Shown here one piece after another: positions 50,648-60,198 of a stretch of 64,000 bases of DNA; positions within the stretch are counted from its first letter, which is position 1; each line of letters starts with the position of its first letter. This DNA comes from an uncultured Ignavibacteriales bacterium (GTDB lineage: Bacteria > Zixibacteria > MSB-5A5 > GN15 > JAAZOE01). A program made the position numbers and the translations under genes. The stretch spans positions 1-64,000 of the forward strand of contig CAZSYD010000006.1 in assembly GCA_964611355.1 (NCBI GenBank), read 5' to 3'. The notes under the pieces were generated by a model, which was not told the DNA's origin, ran no database searches, and was given only the letters and a program-made list of their open reading frames with translations.

Positions 50648-51916
50648 ATGATCTTATCGCGGTTTTCAAAATTTACGTCAGGTATGATATATGGCGGGAC
50701 TTTCCTGTTGTCGATATTATCGTTTTTTACCACCTTTTTCGGGCTAAAAATACTGCTTGCATTTCCTCTGGCTCTAGTCGGTTCTCTCGGCCTTCAAATC
50801 GCCATGCTCGGTATCGCCTGGAATTTAATGAAAATCCGCGAAAACCGTTTCGCCTACGTGTCGGTTTTCCTGACGGCGGCCCTTTTTTCCGTATTTTTTT
50901 CCTATGCTAACTTCGATTCTTCGCTCAAAGCCAACACTCGTATGCACGAGGCTCGCCGCGAGTACGCTTCCGCAGTTCGGCCGATTCTGACGGAATACTC
51001 CTCTCTTGCCAAAAAAGCGGCACTGCAGGGTCAATACCAGGTTGATCGGCTCGAAAAACTAATCAGGCTGGAACAGGAGAAAGGCTGGACCACGGTTGTT
51101 GATGAAGGTTCGAAGGATCAATTCATTCAGTCGGTTATCGATGGCGCCCGTCTGATGGTTAAATCCTGGAAGATTCACAGCGGGCGGGAATATCATCAGG
51201 GCATAGGTCGGGGAATAATCGTTGACTACCTCGAAAGCAGCCGCAATCGCGCCCGCATAAACCTTGATAGAATAGACGAATACGCAAGCCTGCTTGACTC
51301 TGTTTCGCTCCAATACTCCGGCGGCCTGCCGGTGGAAGATCAGTTCGAACTGGCCAATGCCGCTCGGATCAAATTCCCGGTTGGTGTACTGGCTGCCATC
51401 ACATCCGGTTCCTGTCGTCTGCCGCTCCCCCCTGATCGGGCCGATTTTGTCGAGAAGCCGGTCAACCGCCAGCAGGCATTCATGCTGGTTATGAATGATC
51501 TCTTTGAAATGGATTACCTGGCGGCCTTTTCGCTTTTGCTTGCCGTTGCAATCGACCTGATCGTCATCCTGATGGCGCTGGCCGGAAGTTTTATACTGGA
51601 CGATGAGGATCATCTCTTTAATCGTGTTCGGCGCGACGCCGCTGCACGGGTAAACCACCTCCCTCTGGAAAATACAGAGGAGTTTACCGAAGCCCTGCAG
51701 GATAACATAAGACGATTCGAGAAAGCCGGCGAATACGGACTGAATATCATGCACGTCCTCGAGGATTACAAAAACGAAAAAAATAAATTCAGAATAACCC
51801 TCAATCGATCGAACGAGGAAAATACCGAGCAGGATAAGCCGGTGAGACTTACGCTGTGGTCGAAAAAATCCAAAAACAAGGAAGAAACGGAAGATAAAAA
51901 CATTATTGTGATATAA
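50648..51916 (+). CDS. hypothetical membrane protein
   Basis: GGAGGAG RBS; three N-terminal TM helices, a large soluble loop, one further TM helix and a charged tail. Confidence 0.7.
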   Translation: MILSRFSKFTSGMIYGGTFLLSILSFFTTFFGLKILLAFPLALVGSLGLQIAMLGIAWNLMKIRENRFAYVSVFLTAALFSVFFSYANFDSSLKANTRMHEARREYASAVRPILTEYSSLAKKAALQGQYQVDRLEKLIRLEQEKGWTTVVDEGSKDQFIQSVIDGARLMVKSWKIHSGREYHQGIGRGIIVDYLESSRNRARINLDRIDEYASLLDSVSLQYSGGLPVEDQFELANAARIKFPVGVLAAITSGSCRLPLPPDRADFVEKPVNRQQAFMLVMNDLFEMDYLAAFSLLLAVAIDLIVILMALAGSFILDDEDHLFNRVRRDAAARVNHLPLENTEEFTEALQDNIRRFEKAGEYGLNIMHVLEDYKNEKNKFRITLNRSNEENTEQDKPVRLTLWSKKSKNKEETEDKNIIVI

Positions 51917-51948
51917 CCCGCCAATCGAGTCCTCTAATCTGTAATCAA

Positions 51949-51978
51949 TGCAACCATTCACAGCCGATCCGCGTCTAA
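51949..51978 (+). promoter_or_regulatory. ECF sigma-type promoter
   Basis: TGCAACC-N16-CGTCTAA, 31 nt before the DUF4097 start; mirrored at 53966..53995. Confidence 0.65.
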
Positions 51979-52009
51979 CTATACAAATCTGCTATTTGAG
52001 GGAATTTAT

Positions 52010-52840
52010 ATGAAAGAGTCAATTATTGCTCTATTAGGCGTTTTTATCTTCTTTGCGCCGGTCTTTGCCGACTATTCCGAAACCCGAAATCTATCGATTT
52101 CAGCCGAAGATATCAAAAGGCTCGAAATTGACTGCGGCGCCGGTTTCTTGAAAGTTGCAGGCATAGATGGTCTTAAGGAAATTGAGGTCGAAGCGGAAAT
52201 TATCGTTGACGGGATAAATAAAAAGAAAGCGAAGGATTATATAAGAAACAATACCCGGCTCGATCTTAAGGCCAAAGGCTCAAGAGCGGTACTGGAAAGC
52301 TATTTCAAGGATTCCGATTCTTTTCTGTCCAATCTGTTTTCCAGTAAATCGGCCAGAATAAACCTGACGGTCAGGATACCAAAAACTACGGCTATCGATA
52401 TCGAAGACGGTTCCGGTTTTGTCCATATCCGCGATATTGATAATGATATAACGATTGACGACGGGTCCGGTGATGTTTCCTTAGAAAATATCCTCGGCAA
52501 TCTCGATATGAACGACGGCTCCGGCGGCATCGAACTTGAACATATCGTTGGCGATGTTGATATTGAAGACGCATCCGGTGAGATTGAAGCTTTTGACGTT
52601 GACGGAGACCTTGCTATTGAGGACGGTTCCGGGTCGATCCGGGTTAAAGACGTTTCCGCTAATGTTAGAATTGAGGACGGCTCCGGGGATATTATAATAA
52701 GAAATGTGTCCGGCAGTGTAATAGTGGACGACGGTTCGGGAGATATCAGAATTAACTACGTTGGGAAGGACGTGAGAATCATCGACGACGGTTCCGGCGA
52801 ATGCGACATTTCGCACGTAGAGGGCGAAGTAATCAGGTAA
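52010..52840 (+). CDS. DUF4097 family beta-strand repeat protein
   Basis: Signal peptide; eight I(E/D)D(G/A)SG repeats. Confidence 0.85.
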   Translation: MKESIIALLGVFIFFAPVFADYSETRNLSISAEDIKRLEIDCGAGFLKVAGIDGLKEIEVEAEIIVDGINKKKAKDYIRNNTRLDLKAKGSRAVLESYFKDSDSFLSNLFSSKSARINLTVRIPKTTAIDIEDGSGFVHIRDIDNDITIDDGSGDVSLENILGNLDMNDGSGGIELEHIVGDVDIEDASGEIEAFDVDGDLAIEDGSGSIRVKDVSANVRIEDGSGDIIIRNVSGSVIVDDGSGDIRINYVGKDVRIIDDGSGECDISHVEGEVIR

Positions 52841-52904
52841 CGCCGGTAAATTCAGCCAGAATATACCGGTAATTCACACCATTATTGATGCGTTATGGAT
52901 AAAC

Positions 52905-52932
52905 AAAGGGCCGATCGCCGATCGGCCCTTTT
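52905..52932. terminator. bidirectional terminator
   Basis: AAAGGGCCGATC-gcc-GATCGGCCCTTTT between the convergent DUF4097 genes. Confidence 0.8.
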
Positions 52933-52971
52933 CCGGCATAGGTCGAGTAATAATGGAAACTACGCAGCGTT

Positions 52972-53931
52972 TTATAATTCCCGCAAGTGGATATTGCCGC
53001 CGGAAGTGCGCAAATACAACTCCGGCCCGCCGCCGTTAATTGCCGCATCCAGGGACGTCCTGGATACACAGCCTTTTACCTCAAGCGGGAAATCGTTTTT
53101 TACCCTGCCCCCGCTGGTTTTGGCGTTGATATCGGCGGCGATATCCTTTGCCATGTAAACGGTAACATTACCGCCGGATGTAGTCAGACGGCAGTCGTCT
53201 TTTGGCTGTCTGGTCAAGCGCGCCGTTACGCTTCCGCCGGAAGTAGAGGCGTCGATCGATCCCAGGGCTTCCTCTATGCTGATACTGCCGCCGGAGGTAT
53301 GGGCCGCCACGTCGCCGTCAACCCGCCCGATCGAAATACTACCGCCGGAAGTGCGAATATCAGCCGTACCGGCACAGCTTACCAGTTCAACGCTTCCTCC
53401 CGATGTTTTTCCCCGAACCGGCCCGTTGATATTTTCAAAGTTCAGGTTGCCGCCTGAGGAAACGACGCGGACTCTGCCCTCCAAATCGCCGACCGTGACA
53501 CTCCCGCCGCTGGTCTGAAGGTTGACATCATACGCGACGGGCACGGTAATAAAATATTTGACGCGAAGCCGCGAGCGTTTGCGATCCCAGAACCGCAAGC
53601 CGCCGCGCTTATAATCATATTCCGCCAGGACATAGACGTCGTCACCCTCCTGTTTGAATTCGATATGGAAATCGTCAAAGATTTCTTCCGCCCGATCACG
53701 ATTCCCTGTTTTTGCCTCCAGGATCACCCGTACTTCGACCTTATTATTGCGGCCCGAAGTCAATTCCACCGAGCCGAGATCCGTTTCCAGGGTCAGTTGA
53801 CCGCCGGGAGAAACGTCAAAAACACGGTTGATTTCCTGCCGCTCGTCGGCAAAAGCGTTCAATGAAAGGAATATTACCAGTATAGCCGCCGCCATAACCA
53901 AGCCAAATGATTTCAAAAACCGAGAACTCAT
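52972..53931 (-). CDS. DUF4097 family beta-strand repeat protein
   Basis: Signal peptide; repeated TSGG motifs; INGGGP.L.LRTSGGNI. Confidence 0.85.
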   Translation of the reverse strand: MSSRFLKSFGLVMAAAILVIFLSLNAFADERQEINRVFDVSPGGQLTLETDLGSVELTSGRNNKVEVRVILEAKTGNRDRAEEIFDDFHIEFKQEGDDVYVLAEYDYKRGGLRFWDRKRSRLRVKYFITVPVAYDVNLQTSGGSVTVGDLEGRVRVVSSGGNLNFENINGPVRGKTSGGSVELVSCAGTADIRTSGGSISIGRVDGDVAAHTSGGSISIEEALGSIDASTSGGSVTARLTRQPKDDCRLTTSGGNVTVYMAKDIAADINAKTSGGRVKNDFPLEVKGCVSRTSLDAAINGGGPELYLRTSGGNIHLREL

Positions 53932-53965
53932 TATATCCTCCCCGACTAATTCTTATCGTTTCTAA

Positions 53966-53995
53966 TTTGACGCGGCTCTCGTATGAAAGGTTTAC
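53966..53995 (-). promoter_or_regulatory. ECF sigma-type promoter
   Basis: GTAAACC-N16-CGTCAAA on the - strand, 34 nt before the DUF4097 start. Confidence 0.65.
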
Positions 53996-54139
53996 CCTCA
54001 ATTCTTCTGGATGATAGAATACCTTTTATTGAATACGAAATCGAGATAAGATTGTTTCTTATAATAGCGGCTTTTAGGGGACGCGTATAGGCCAAAACGA
54101 CCCTAATCGGTTTATGTAACCTGCCGATCTATAAAATGA

Positions 54140-54168
54140 TTGCTAAGATTTATGCTTTATGCTATATT
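54140..54168 (+). promoter_or_regulatory. sigma70-type promoter of the C10 peptidase gene
   Basis: TTGCTA-N17-TATATT with TGn extension. Confidence 0.5.
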
Positions 54169-54383
54169 AGGTTTGTTGGGAGAATTCGTCAACATGGTTT
54201 TCAGATTCCTTACCATCATTGTCCCGGTCATACAACGATAGAAAAAGAGCTATGTGGAAAAGGCTTTTTTCAACAAGTATGGAAATACGGCAAAAGGCTC
54301 TTAAGCCCTTGCCGTTTTTGGCTTTTTGGCAAATGCGAGTCCTGCGCCTATCTTGGGTCAATTGAAATTCAATGGAGAAAAAG

Positions 54384-57300
54384 ATGAATAAAAAGCATGC
54401 ATGGGAAAGCAAACTCGGTTATAGCAGGCTATTAAAGTCATTCCTGATACTGGCCTGCGTCCTGGTCATACATATGGCCGGACTGCAATCGGTTTATGCT
54501 GAGACGGCCACCGTTGATGAAATGGAGCGGGTCTGCCAAAACTGGCTCTCGTATATTGTATCCGAACAAGGCCGGTGGGGTGGGGGATTCTATCCCAACA
54601 TAATTTCGGTTCAGGATATCATTGAAAACGATACCCTCCTTGGCCGTTATTACGCCATATCGCCAAAGGGGTACGTTATTGTCCCGGTACTCAAGGAATT
54701 ACCCCCCGTTAAGGTGTATTCCGACGAGTGCTCGCTCGATATCAATGAGCCGGATGGATTTGCCCTGATGATTAGGCAGGTATTGAAAGACCGGCTCAGG
54801 TTATATACGAAGTTTTACGGTTCTCTCGAGGCCGGTCAGGATGCTACGGATCAACCATTGTTTGGCCACATCAACAGCGAGAAATGGGACGCTCTCAGTG
54901 TTCCTTCGGGCTCGTTTAAGCTTGGCGGAACCAAGTCGCAAATGGAATCGCTTGACCAGGCCGGACCGCTTCTGACTACCGGCTGGCACCAGGACGCTCC
55001 GTATAACAATCTCTGTCCCCTGGGTTACCAGGATGATCGGTGTGTGGTAGGGTGCGTAGCCACCGCCGCCGCGCAGATCGTCTGGCATCACCAATGGCCT
55101 CCCGTGGGAGAAGGAAGTCACTCCTACTACTGGAACGGGGACAACTCCTGCGAAGGCGGAAGCACCCCCGGCGAGCAGCTTTCGGCCGATTTTTCCGATC
55201 CTTACTCGTATGAAAGCGGCGCCGACGCGGCCGAGCTCTGTTACGAAATGGGCGTTGCTTTTGATATGGATTACGGCGTGTGCGGGTCCGGAGCCTATAC
55301 CCTGGATGGCGCAACCGTATTTCCCACCTATTTCCGATACGACTGGTCCACCACAGCGTTACATCGCGATAATTACAACCAGCCGGCCTGGTTTAACATC
55401 ATTAAAAACGAAATAAACCGTGGCCGGCCGATCCTGTATCAAATATACACTCACGCTATAGTTTGCGACGGTTGGAGAGAGGCCGGCGAGTTGATGGAAT
55501 ATCATTTCAACTACGGCTGGGGCGGCAGCCATAACGCATGGTACGCAGTCGACAACCTCTACTGCCCTTGGGAGGGCTGCGATCCCATGGTTGAAGCTAT
55601 GGTAGTAAATATAATCCCGAAAACAGCCCTGTTGATGCTTGGCAGCGATGAAATATCGGATGTTGCCGGTGGTGACGGAGACGGTATTCCCGAGGCGGGC
55701 GAAACGATCGAGATTACCATTACCGTGGCTAATTTCGGCGCCGATGCTGTCTCCGATCTCTCGGTTGAGATGTTTATGGACGATGGCTCGATCAGCGTGA
55801 TCGACGGGACAACCCAAATCGGTTACATCGCCGCCAATGATTCCGCCGACAACAGCAGCGACCCATTTGAGATAACGATACCACCTGACTATATATCGCG
55901 TATCGACTCTCTATTATTTGAAATGACATGGATCGCCGGTGAGGAACAAAAGACAGACACGATGGCTATTGAAAGAGTCATTGGCGCAGTCTCCATCCTG
56001 TTGGTCGATGACGACGTCAATGACACTCTCGACGTCTTTTATCGTAACAACTTCGAAAACCTGCGCCTGCCTTATGACATGCGGGTCCCCTATACTCAGG
56101 GCAGTCCCGATTCAGCCTTGTTGTGCGATTATGATATTGTTTGCTGGTTTACCGGCGATTTTCAGACTCAGCCGCTGACCGGCAATGAAATCGCGGCCAC
56201 GAGAGGTTACATGAATGCCGGCGGCAAGCTGTTTTTAACGGGTCAGGGGATTGCCGCCGCGTTAAACGCCAGCGATCCCGATTTCCTGAACAACTACCTG
56301 CGATCGGAATATGTCAAAACGGACTATGTCCCGCTGCTTATGGCTGTGCCAGGTGCCCAACTCTTTGATATCGCCGATACGCTTGTTATCTACGGAAGCG
56401 GCGGAGCCTCCAATCAGACCGCTCCTGATTATATCGCTCCAATAAACGGCAGCGTCGCAGAATTGTCTTATCATAGTTCAACCGACAACGCCGCAGTATC
56501 CTACTCGGCCAGCTACAGGCTGGTCTTTTTTGCCTTCGGATTTGAATCGATATCCGTCTATAGCGGCCAAAAAGTTAACCAGGATGTCGTTTTCGCCAGA
56601 ATACTTGACTTCTTCAGTTATCAAAACCCTGCTCAGTGTCCCGAGATCGTCAATCTCGTACCATGGCCCGGCGAACCGATGAACCTTGTTGAACATAACC
56701 CGGATATTATCTGGTCTTATTACGATGAAAGTTCCGCGCCCCAAACCGCATATCACCTTCAGGTTGACGACGACAGCAACTGGGCCGCCATAGGTATGTG
56801 GGACCTTGGCCCGATTTCAGGGGACGATACCTCAGTGGTATATGCCGGATCCGAATTGCTGGACGGCGAAAAATACTATATTCGGGTTCGCGCCTACAAC
56901 GGAAATCTTTGGTCGGGCTGGCGTTATTTAGGCATCCGGATGAATTCGCGCCCGTCGATACCGACCAATTTAACCCCCCGAGATTTGGACGGCGTAACCG
57001 ACGCCACGCCGCTTCTATCTCTGGATAACTCAATCGACAATGAATTCGACGCCGTAACCTACTCCTTTGAAGTATACGATGATACCTTAATGACCACTCT
57101 GATAACCAGCATTGATGGTATTGTTCAGGGATATATCGGCGTTACCACCTGGGAAGTGGACGTCACGCTGGATGACGATGAAGACTATTTCTGGCGCGTA
57201 ATGGCCAACGACGGTTATGAAACCACCGATTGGACTGAGTTGGTACGATTCTGGGTTAATTCCTTCAACCATGAACCGACAGCGTTCAATTTGGTTTCTC

Positions 57301-57767
57301 CGGAAAACGAGGGCGGTGGAAGCGTGCTGCCCACATTTGTCTGGGAAGTGTCGACCGACGCGGACCTGTATGACATTGTTTATTACACGCTTTATTACGC
57401 CGATAATCCCGCCTTCTACCAACCGGTTACGGTCTCCGGTCTGACGACGAGTGAATATACCGTCACCGATACCCTGCGGGACAGTCTTTACTACTGGAAG
57501 GTCGCCGCCGAAGATCTGTTCAACGGGAGAACAACAAGCGACAGTACCTTTATTATTATTACCGTATTTCGGGGCGATGCCAACAGTGACGGGAACATCA
57601 ATATCGGTGATGCCGTTTACGTGATAAATTTAGTTTTCAAAGACGGGCCGCCGCCTCAGACGTTGACGCATGGTGATGCCAATTGTGATGGGAATGTCAA
57701 CATCGGTGATGCCGTTTATGTGATCAACTTCGTTTTCAAAGACGGGCCTGGACCGGGCTGTCCGTAA
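54384..57767 (+). CDS. secreted C10 (streptopain-family) cysteine peptidase with prodomain, Ig/FN3-like domains and C-terminal dockerin
   Basis: PLLTTGWHQDAPYN, VGCVATAAAQ, THAIVCDG and HFNYGWGG motifs; YYIRVRA/YFWRV/YYWKV repeats; two GDANxDGNxNIGDAVYVIN.VFKDGP. Confidence 0.92.
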   Translation: MNKKHAWESKLGYSRLLKSFLILACVLVIHMAGLQSVYAETATVDEMERVCQNWLSYIVSEQGRWGGGFYPNIISVQDIIENDTLLGRYYAISPKGYVIVPVLKELPPVKVYSDECSLDINEPDGFALMIRQVLKDRLRLYTKFYGSLEAGQDATDQPLFGHINSEKWDALSVPSGSFKLGGTKSQMESLDQAGPLLTTGWHQDAPYNNLCPLGYQDDRCVVGCVATAAAQIVWHHQWPPVGEGSHSYYWNGDNSCEGGSTPGEQLSADFSDPYSYESGADAAELCYEMGVAFDMDYGVCGSGAYTLDGATVFPTYFRYDWSTTALHRDNYNQPAWFNIIKNEINRGRPILYQIYTHAIVCDGWREAGELMEYHFNYGWGGSHNAWYAVDNLYCPWEGCDPMVEAMVVNIIPKTALLMLGSDEISDVAGGDGDGIPEAGETIEITITVANFGADAVSDLSVEMFMDDGSISVIDGTTQIGYIAANDSADNSSDPFEITIPPDYISRIDSLLFEMTWIAGEEQKTDTMAIERVIGAVSILLVDDDVNDTLDVFYRNNFENLRLPYDMRVPYTQGSPDSALLCDYDIVCWFTGDFQTQPLTGNEIAATRGYMNAGGKLFLTGQGIAAALNASDPDFLNNYLRSEYVKTDYVPLLMAVPGAQLFDIADTLVIYGSGGASNQTAPDYIAPINGSVAELSYHSSTDNAAVSYSASYRLVFFAFGFESISVYSGQKVNQDVVFARILDFFSYQNPAQCPEIVNLVPWPGEPMNLVEHNPDIIWSYYDESSAPQTAYHLQVDDDSNWAAIGMWDLGPISGDDTSVVYAGSELLDGEKYYIRVRAYNGNLWSGWRYLGIRMNSRPSIPTNLTPRDLDGVTDATPLLSLDNSIDNEFDAVTYSFEVYDDTLMTTLITSIDGIVQGYIGVTTWEVDVTLDDDEDYFWRVMANDGYETTDWTELVRFWVNSFNHEPTAFNLVSPENEGGGSVLPTFVWEVSTDADLYDIVYYTLYYADNPAFYQPVTVSGLTTSEYTVTDTLRDSLYYWKVAAEDLFNGRTTSDSTFIIITVFRGDANSDGNINIGDAVYVINLVFKDGPPPQTLTHGDANCDGNVNIGDAVYVINFVFKDGPGPGCP

Positions 57768-57787
57768 AAACTTTTTAAATGTAGGTG

Positions 57788-57816
57788 AAAGGGTCGGCTC
57801 AAACCGGCCCTTTTTT
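57788..57816 (+). terminator. intrinsic terminator
   Basis: AAAGGGTCGG-ctcaaa-CCGGCCCTTTTTT. Confidence 0.8.
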
Positions 57817-57889
57817 GTCATCGTCAACGTCTCATTTCGCACGGTTTCTCTTACCGTCTATAGCGTGAAGAACCAAAAGTGAATACTCG

Positions 57890-57918
57890 TTGACAGCTAA
57901 ATAACCTTAAGATATATT
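57890..57918 (+). promoter_or_regulatory. sigma70-type promoter
   Basis: TTGACA-N17-TATATT. Confidence 0.7.
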
Positions 57919-58059
57919 GCTGTTGAGTAATCGCATTACGTTTTCAGATCGAATTTGGCCGGCAGAACACGGTAGCAGGCGGAAAAAGTCCCGCATACGC
58001 AGACGACTTGTCGGCAATCTGATGGTAGCGACATCTTTAGACTCATGGAGGGTATACGG

Positions 58060-59982
58060 ATGCGTAAGATAACAGCTACAGGCAGGATAAGTTTAATATG
58101 CGCCATATTTACATTCGCCGCACTATTGATCGCTGACATCTGCTACAGAAAAGCGCATTCCACCGACTATATTCCATCCATTGAAGCCAAAACGGTGAAA
58201 TATGCCGGGCTTGCCAGTGTAAATACCGTAAACGAACAACCATTTCGGCAAATAGTAGCCGCCAAAACTCTCGATTTGACCGTCCGGCGAGGTCCCGGCT
58301 CCAAAGCAGGCATTCCCGAACTGCCGCCGGGCAAAGCGGCTGATTATTCCTGGTATTTGCATCCCGCTTTTGGAGGCTCACCCGGTGGAACGCTCCTGCG
58401 GGGATATGACTATTATGAGAACGGAACCGGTCCCGGCCTGGTCTGGTGGCAAAGCTCAACCGATAACGGGGCCACATGGAGCACGGCCTGTCGTTTTTTT
58501 CTTGAGGGCCAGTTAAATGGCGGCTCCCATCCTTCGGTCGATTACCGGGATTCAGGCACGGAATTTTTTGGTACTCACGTTTCACCGCCGGGGTTTCTTG
58601 GTGGCGGCGGGGTTGTCTTGTTCAAATTCGGCGACCCAACCGATCCCGGCACTTGGGAAGGATTCTGGTCCGACTTCTCGGATAATGGCTGGCGCAATAT
58701 GAGCATGAGTGAAATAGCCTGCGGTAACAGCCAGCAACCCTGGAACTGGGGATTGATTTCAATTATTATGAGCCGCTCGTATCCTTCGGTTGAGGACGCG
58801 CCGCACATTTACAGCCGACTGAATGCCTCCGGTTATACCCAGCTCAGCTCTTACGCTAATTACCCGGGATGCCTGAGCACAACCGCCGACATTGACCCGG
58901 TCACTTCCAGGACGTATGCGATCTACGACCGTTACGACACGGATTCGAGTCAATGGCAGCTTTTTATTCGCAAGGATCATTTCGAAGACTGGTACCTGCC
59001 GACCGAAGCGGCTTCGTTGTTTTACGGCGATCTGCAGTGGCATCTTAAACACCCGGCCATTGCAACATGGGGCGATACAGTGGTAATTGTCGCCCAGGCA
59101 TATAATGAAAGCAATCCTTCCGATAAGGATATTGTCTGCTGGGGATCGTTCACCGGCGAGTTGGACGATATCGATTTCTTGAGCGTCGTGGCCGGCAGCG
59201 TTGATCCTGAAAACTATCCCGAGCTGTCTCATATTGAAGGCAATGATTTCGTTTGTACTTTCACCAAAAACGGGGAGCTTTACGCGGCGATGACAATGAA
59301 TGGCGGAATCGGCTGGAGCGCCCATTATAAGATAAGCGGAACCGAAGAAACGGTCGTCGACGAGTACCGCACGGCGGATATTTCGGACGGCGGTATCAGC
59401 GCCATGTGGGAATATGAATCCGGCGATAATATCCTGCTGGACATGGCCGGCCTGGAGTGCATCGACGGCGATGGCGACGGCGTCTGCGACGACGTGGACA
59501 ACTGCCCTTCAGTCAGCAATCCGAATCAGGAAGATGCCGATGGCGACGACATCGGAGATGTCTGCGATAATTGTCCGGGCGCTTCCAATCCGGATCAGGA
59601 AGACGCCGATGCCGACGGGACGGGTGATTCGTGCGATATTTGCACCGATACCGATGGCGACGGTTACGGCAACCCCGGATTTCCAGCCAATATCTGCCCG
59701 CTTGATAATTGCCCGCCATGTTTCAATCCGGATCAGGCCGATTCCAACGGTGACGGGGTCGGTGACGCCTGCGATTCATATATGTGCGGCGATGCCAACA
59801 GCGACACTAACATAAACGTCGGCGACGCGGTCTATATTATCAATTATGTCTTCAAAAATGGGCCGGAACCGTATCCGGTCGAATCCGGGGATGCCAACGA
59901 CGATAGCAATGTAAACGTCGGCGATGCGGTATATCTGGTCAACCATGTTTTCAAAGATGGCCCTGAACCGTGCGCCCCTTAA
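58060..59982 (+). CDS. secreted Asp-box protein with thrombospondin type-3 repeats and C-terminal dockerin
   Basis: STDNGATW; repeated DNCP..SNP.QED.DGD.IGD.C; CGDANSDTNINVGDAVYIINYVFKNGP / GDANDDSNVNVGDAVYLVNHVFKDGP. Confidence 0.85.
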   Translation: MRKITATGRISLICAIFTFAALLIADICYRKAHSTDYIPSIEAKTVKYAGLASVNTVNEQPFRQIVAAKTLDLTVRRGPGSKAGIPELPPGKAADYSWYLHPAFGGSPGGTLLRGYDYYENGTGPGLVWWQSSTDNGATWSTACRFFLEGQLNGGSHPSVDYRDSGTEFFGTHVSPPGFLGGGGVVLFKFGDPTDPGTWEGFWSDFSDNGWRNMSMSEIACGNSQQPWNWGLISIIMSRSYPSVEDAPHIYSRLNASGYTQLSSYANYPGCLSTTADIDPVTSRTYAIYDRYDTDSSQWQLFIRKDHFEDWYLPTEAASLFYGDLQWHLKHPAIATWGDTVVIVAQAYNESNPSDKDIVCWGSFTGELDDIDFLSVVAGSVDPENYPELSHIEGNDFVCTFTKNGELYAAMTMNGGIGWSAHYKISGTEETVVDEYRTADISDGGISAMWEYESGDNILLDMAGLECIDGDGDGVCDDVDNCPSVSNPNQEDADGDDIGDVCDNCPGASNPDQEDADADGTGDSCDICTDTDGDGYGNPGFPANICPLDNCPPCFNPDQADSNGDGVGDACDSYMCGDANSDTNINVGDAVYIINYVFKNGPEPYPVESGDANDDSNVNVGDAVYLVNHVFKDGPEPCAP

Positions 59983-60002
59983 GGCCGACAATAGCTTGAC
60001 CA

Positions 60003-60027
60003 AAAAGGCCGGTACAACCGGCCTTTT
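60003..60027 (+). terminator. intrinsic terminator
   Basis: AAAAGGCCGGT-aca-ACCGGCCTTTT. Confidence 0.8.
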
Positions 60028-60198
60028 CTTATCCGGCAGGATGCCATAAAAATAATTAGATTCCGAGGTCGAGAAGAAGATGTTGCTTTTTTTAATAATT
60101 TTGCTACTTTATTTGTTTGGAAGCTAATCGTATTTCAAAGGCCGGTCAATTCGAATATGATAAAGAATTTTGTGTAATCTTTTTCCGGGAGGTCAAGA

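Noticed and set aside
59458..59775. Possible CRISPR or DNA tandem repeats
   Set aside because: These are in-frame thrombospondin type-3 protein repeats. The DGSG/TSGG repeats at 52400-53520 are likewise protein-level.
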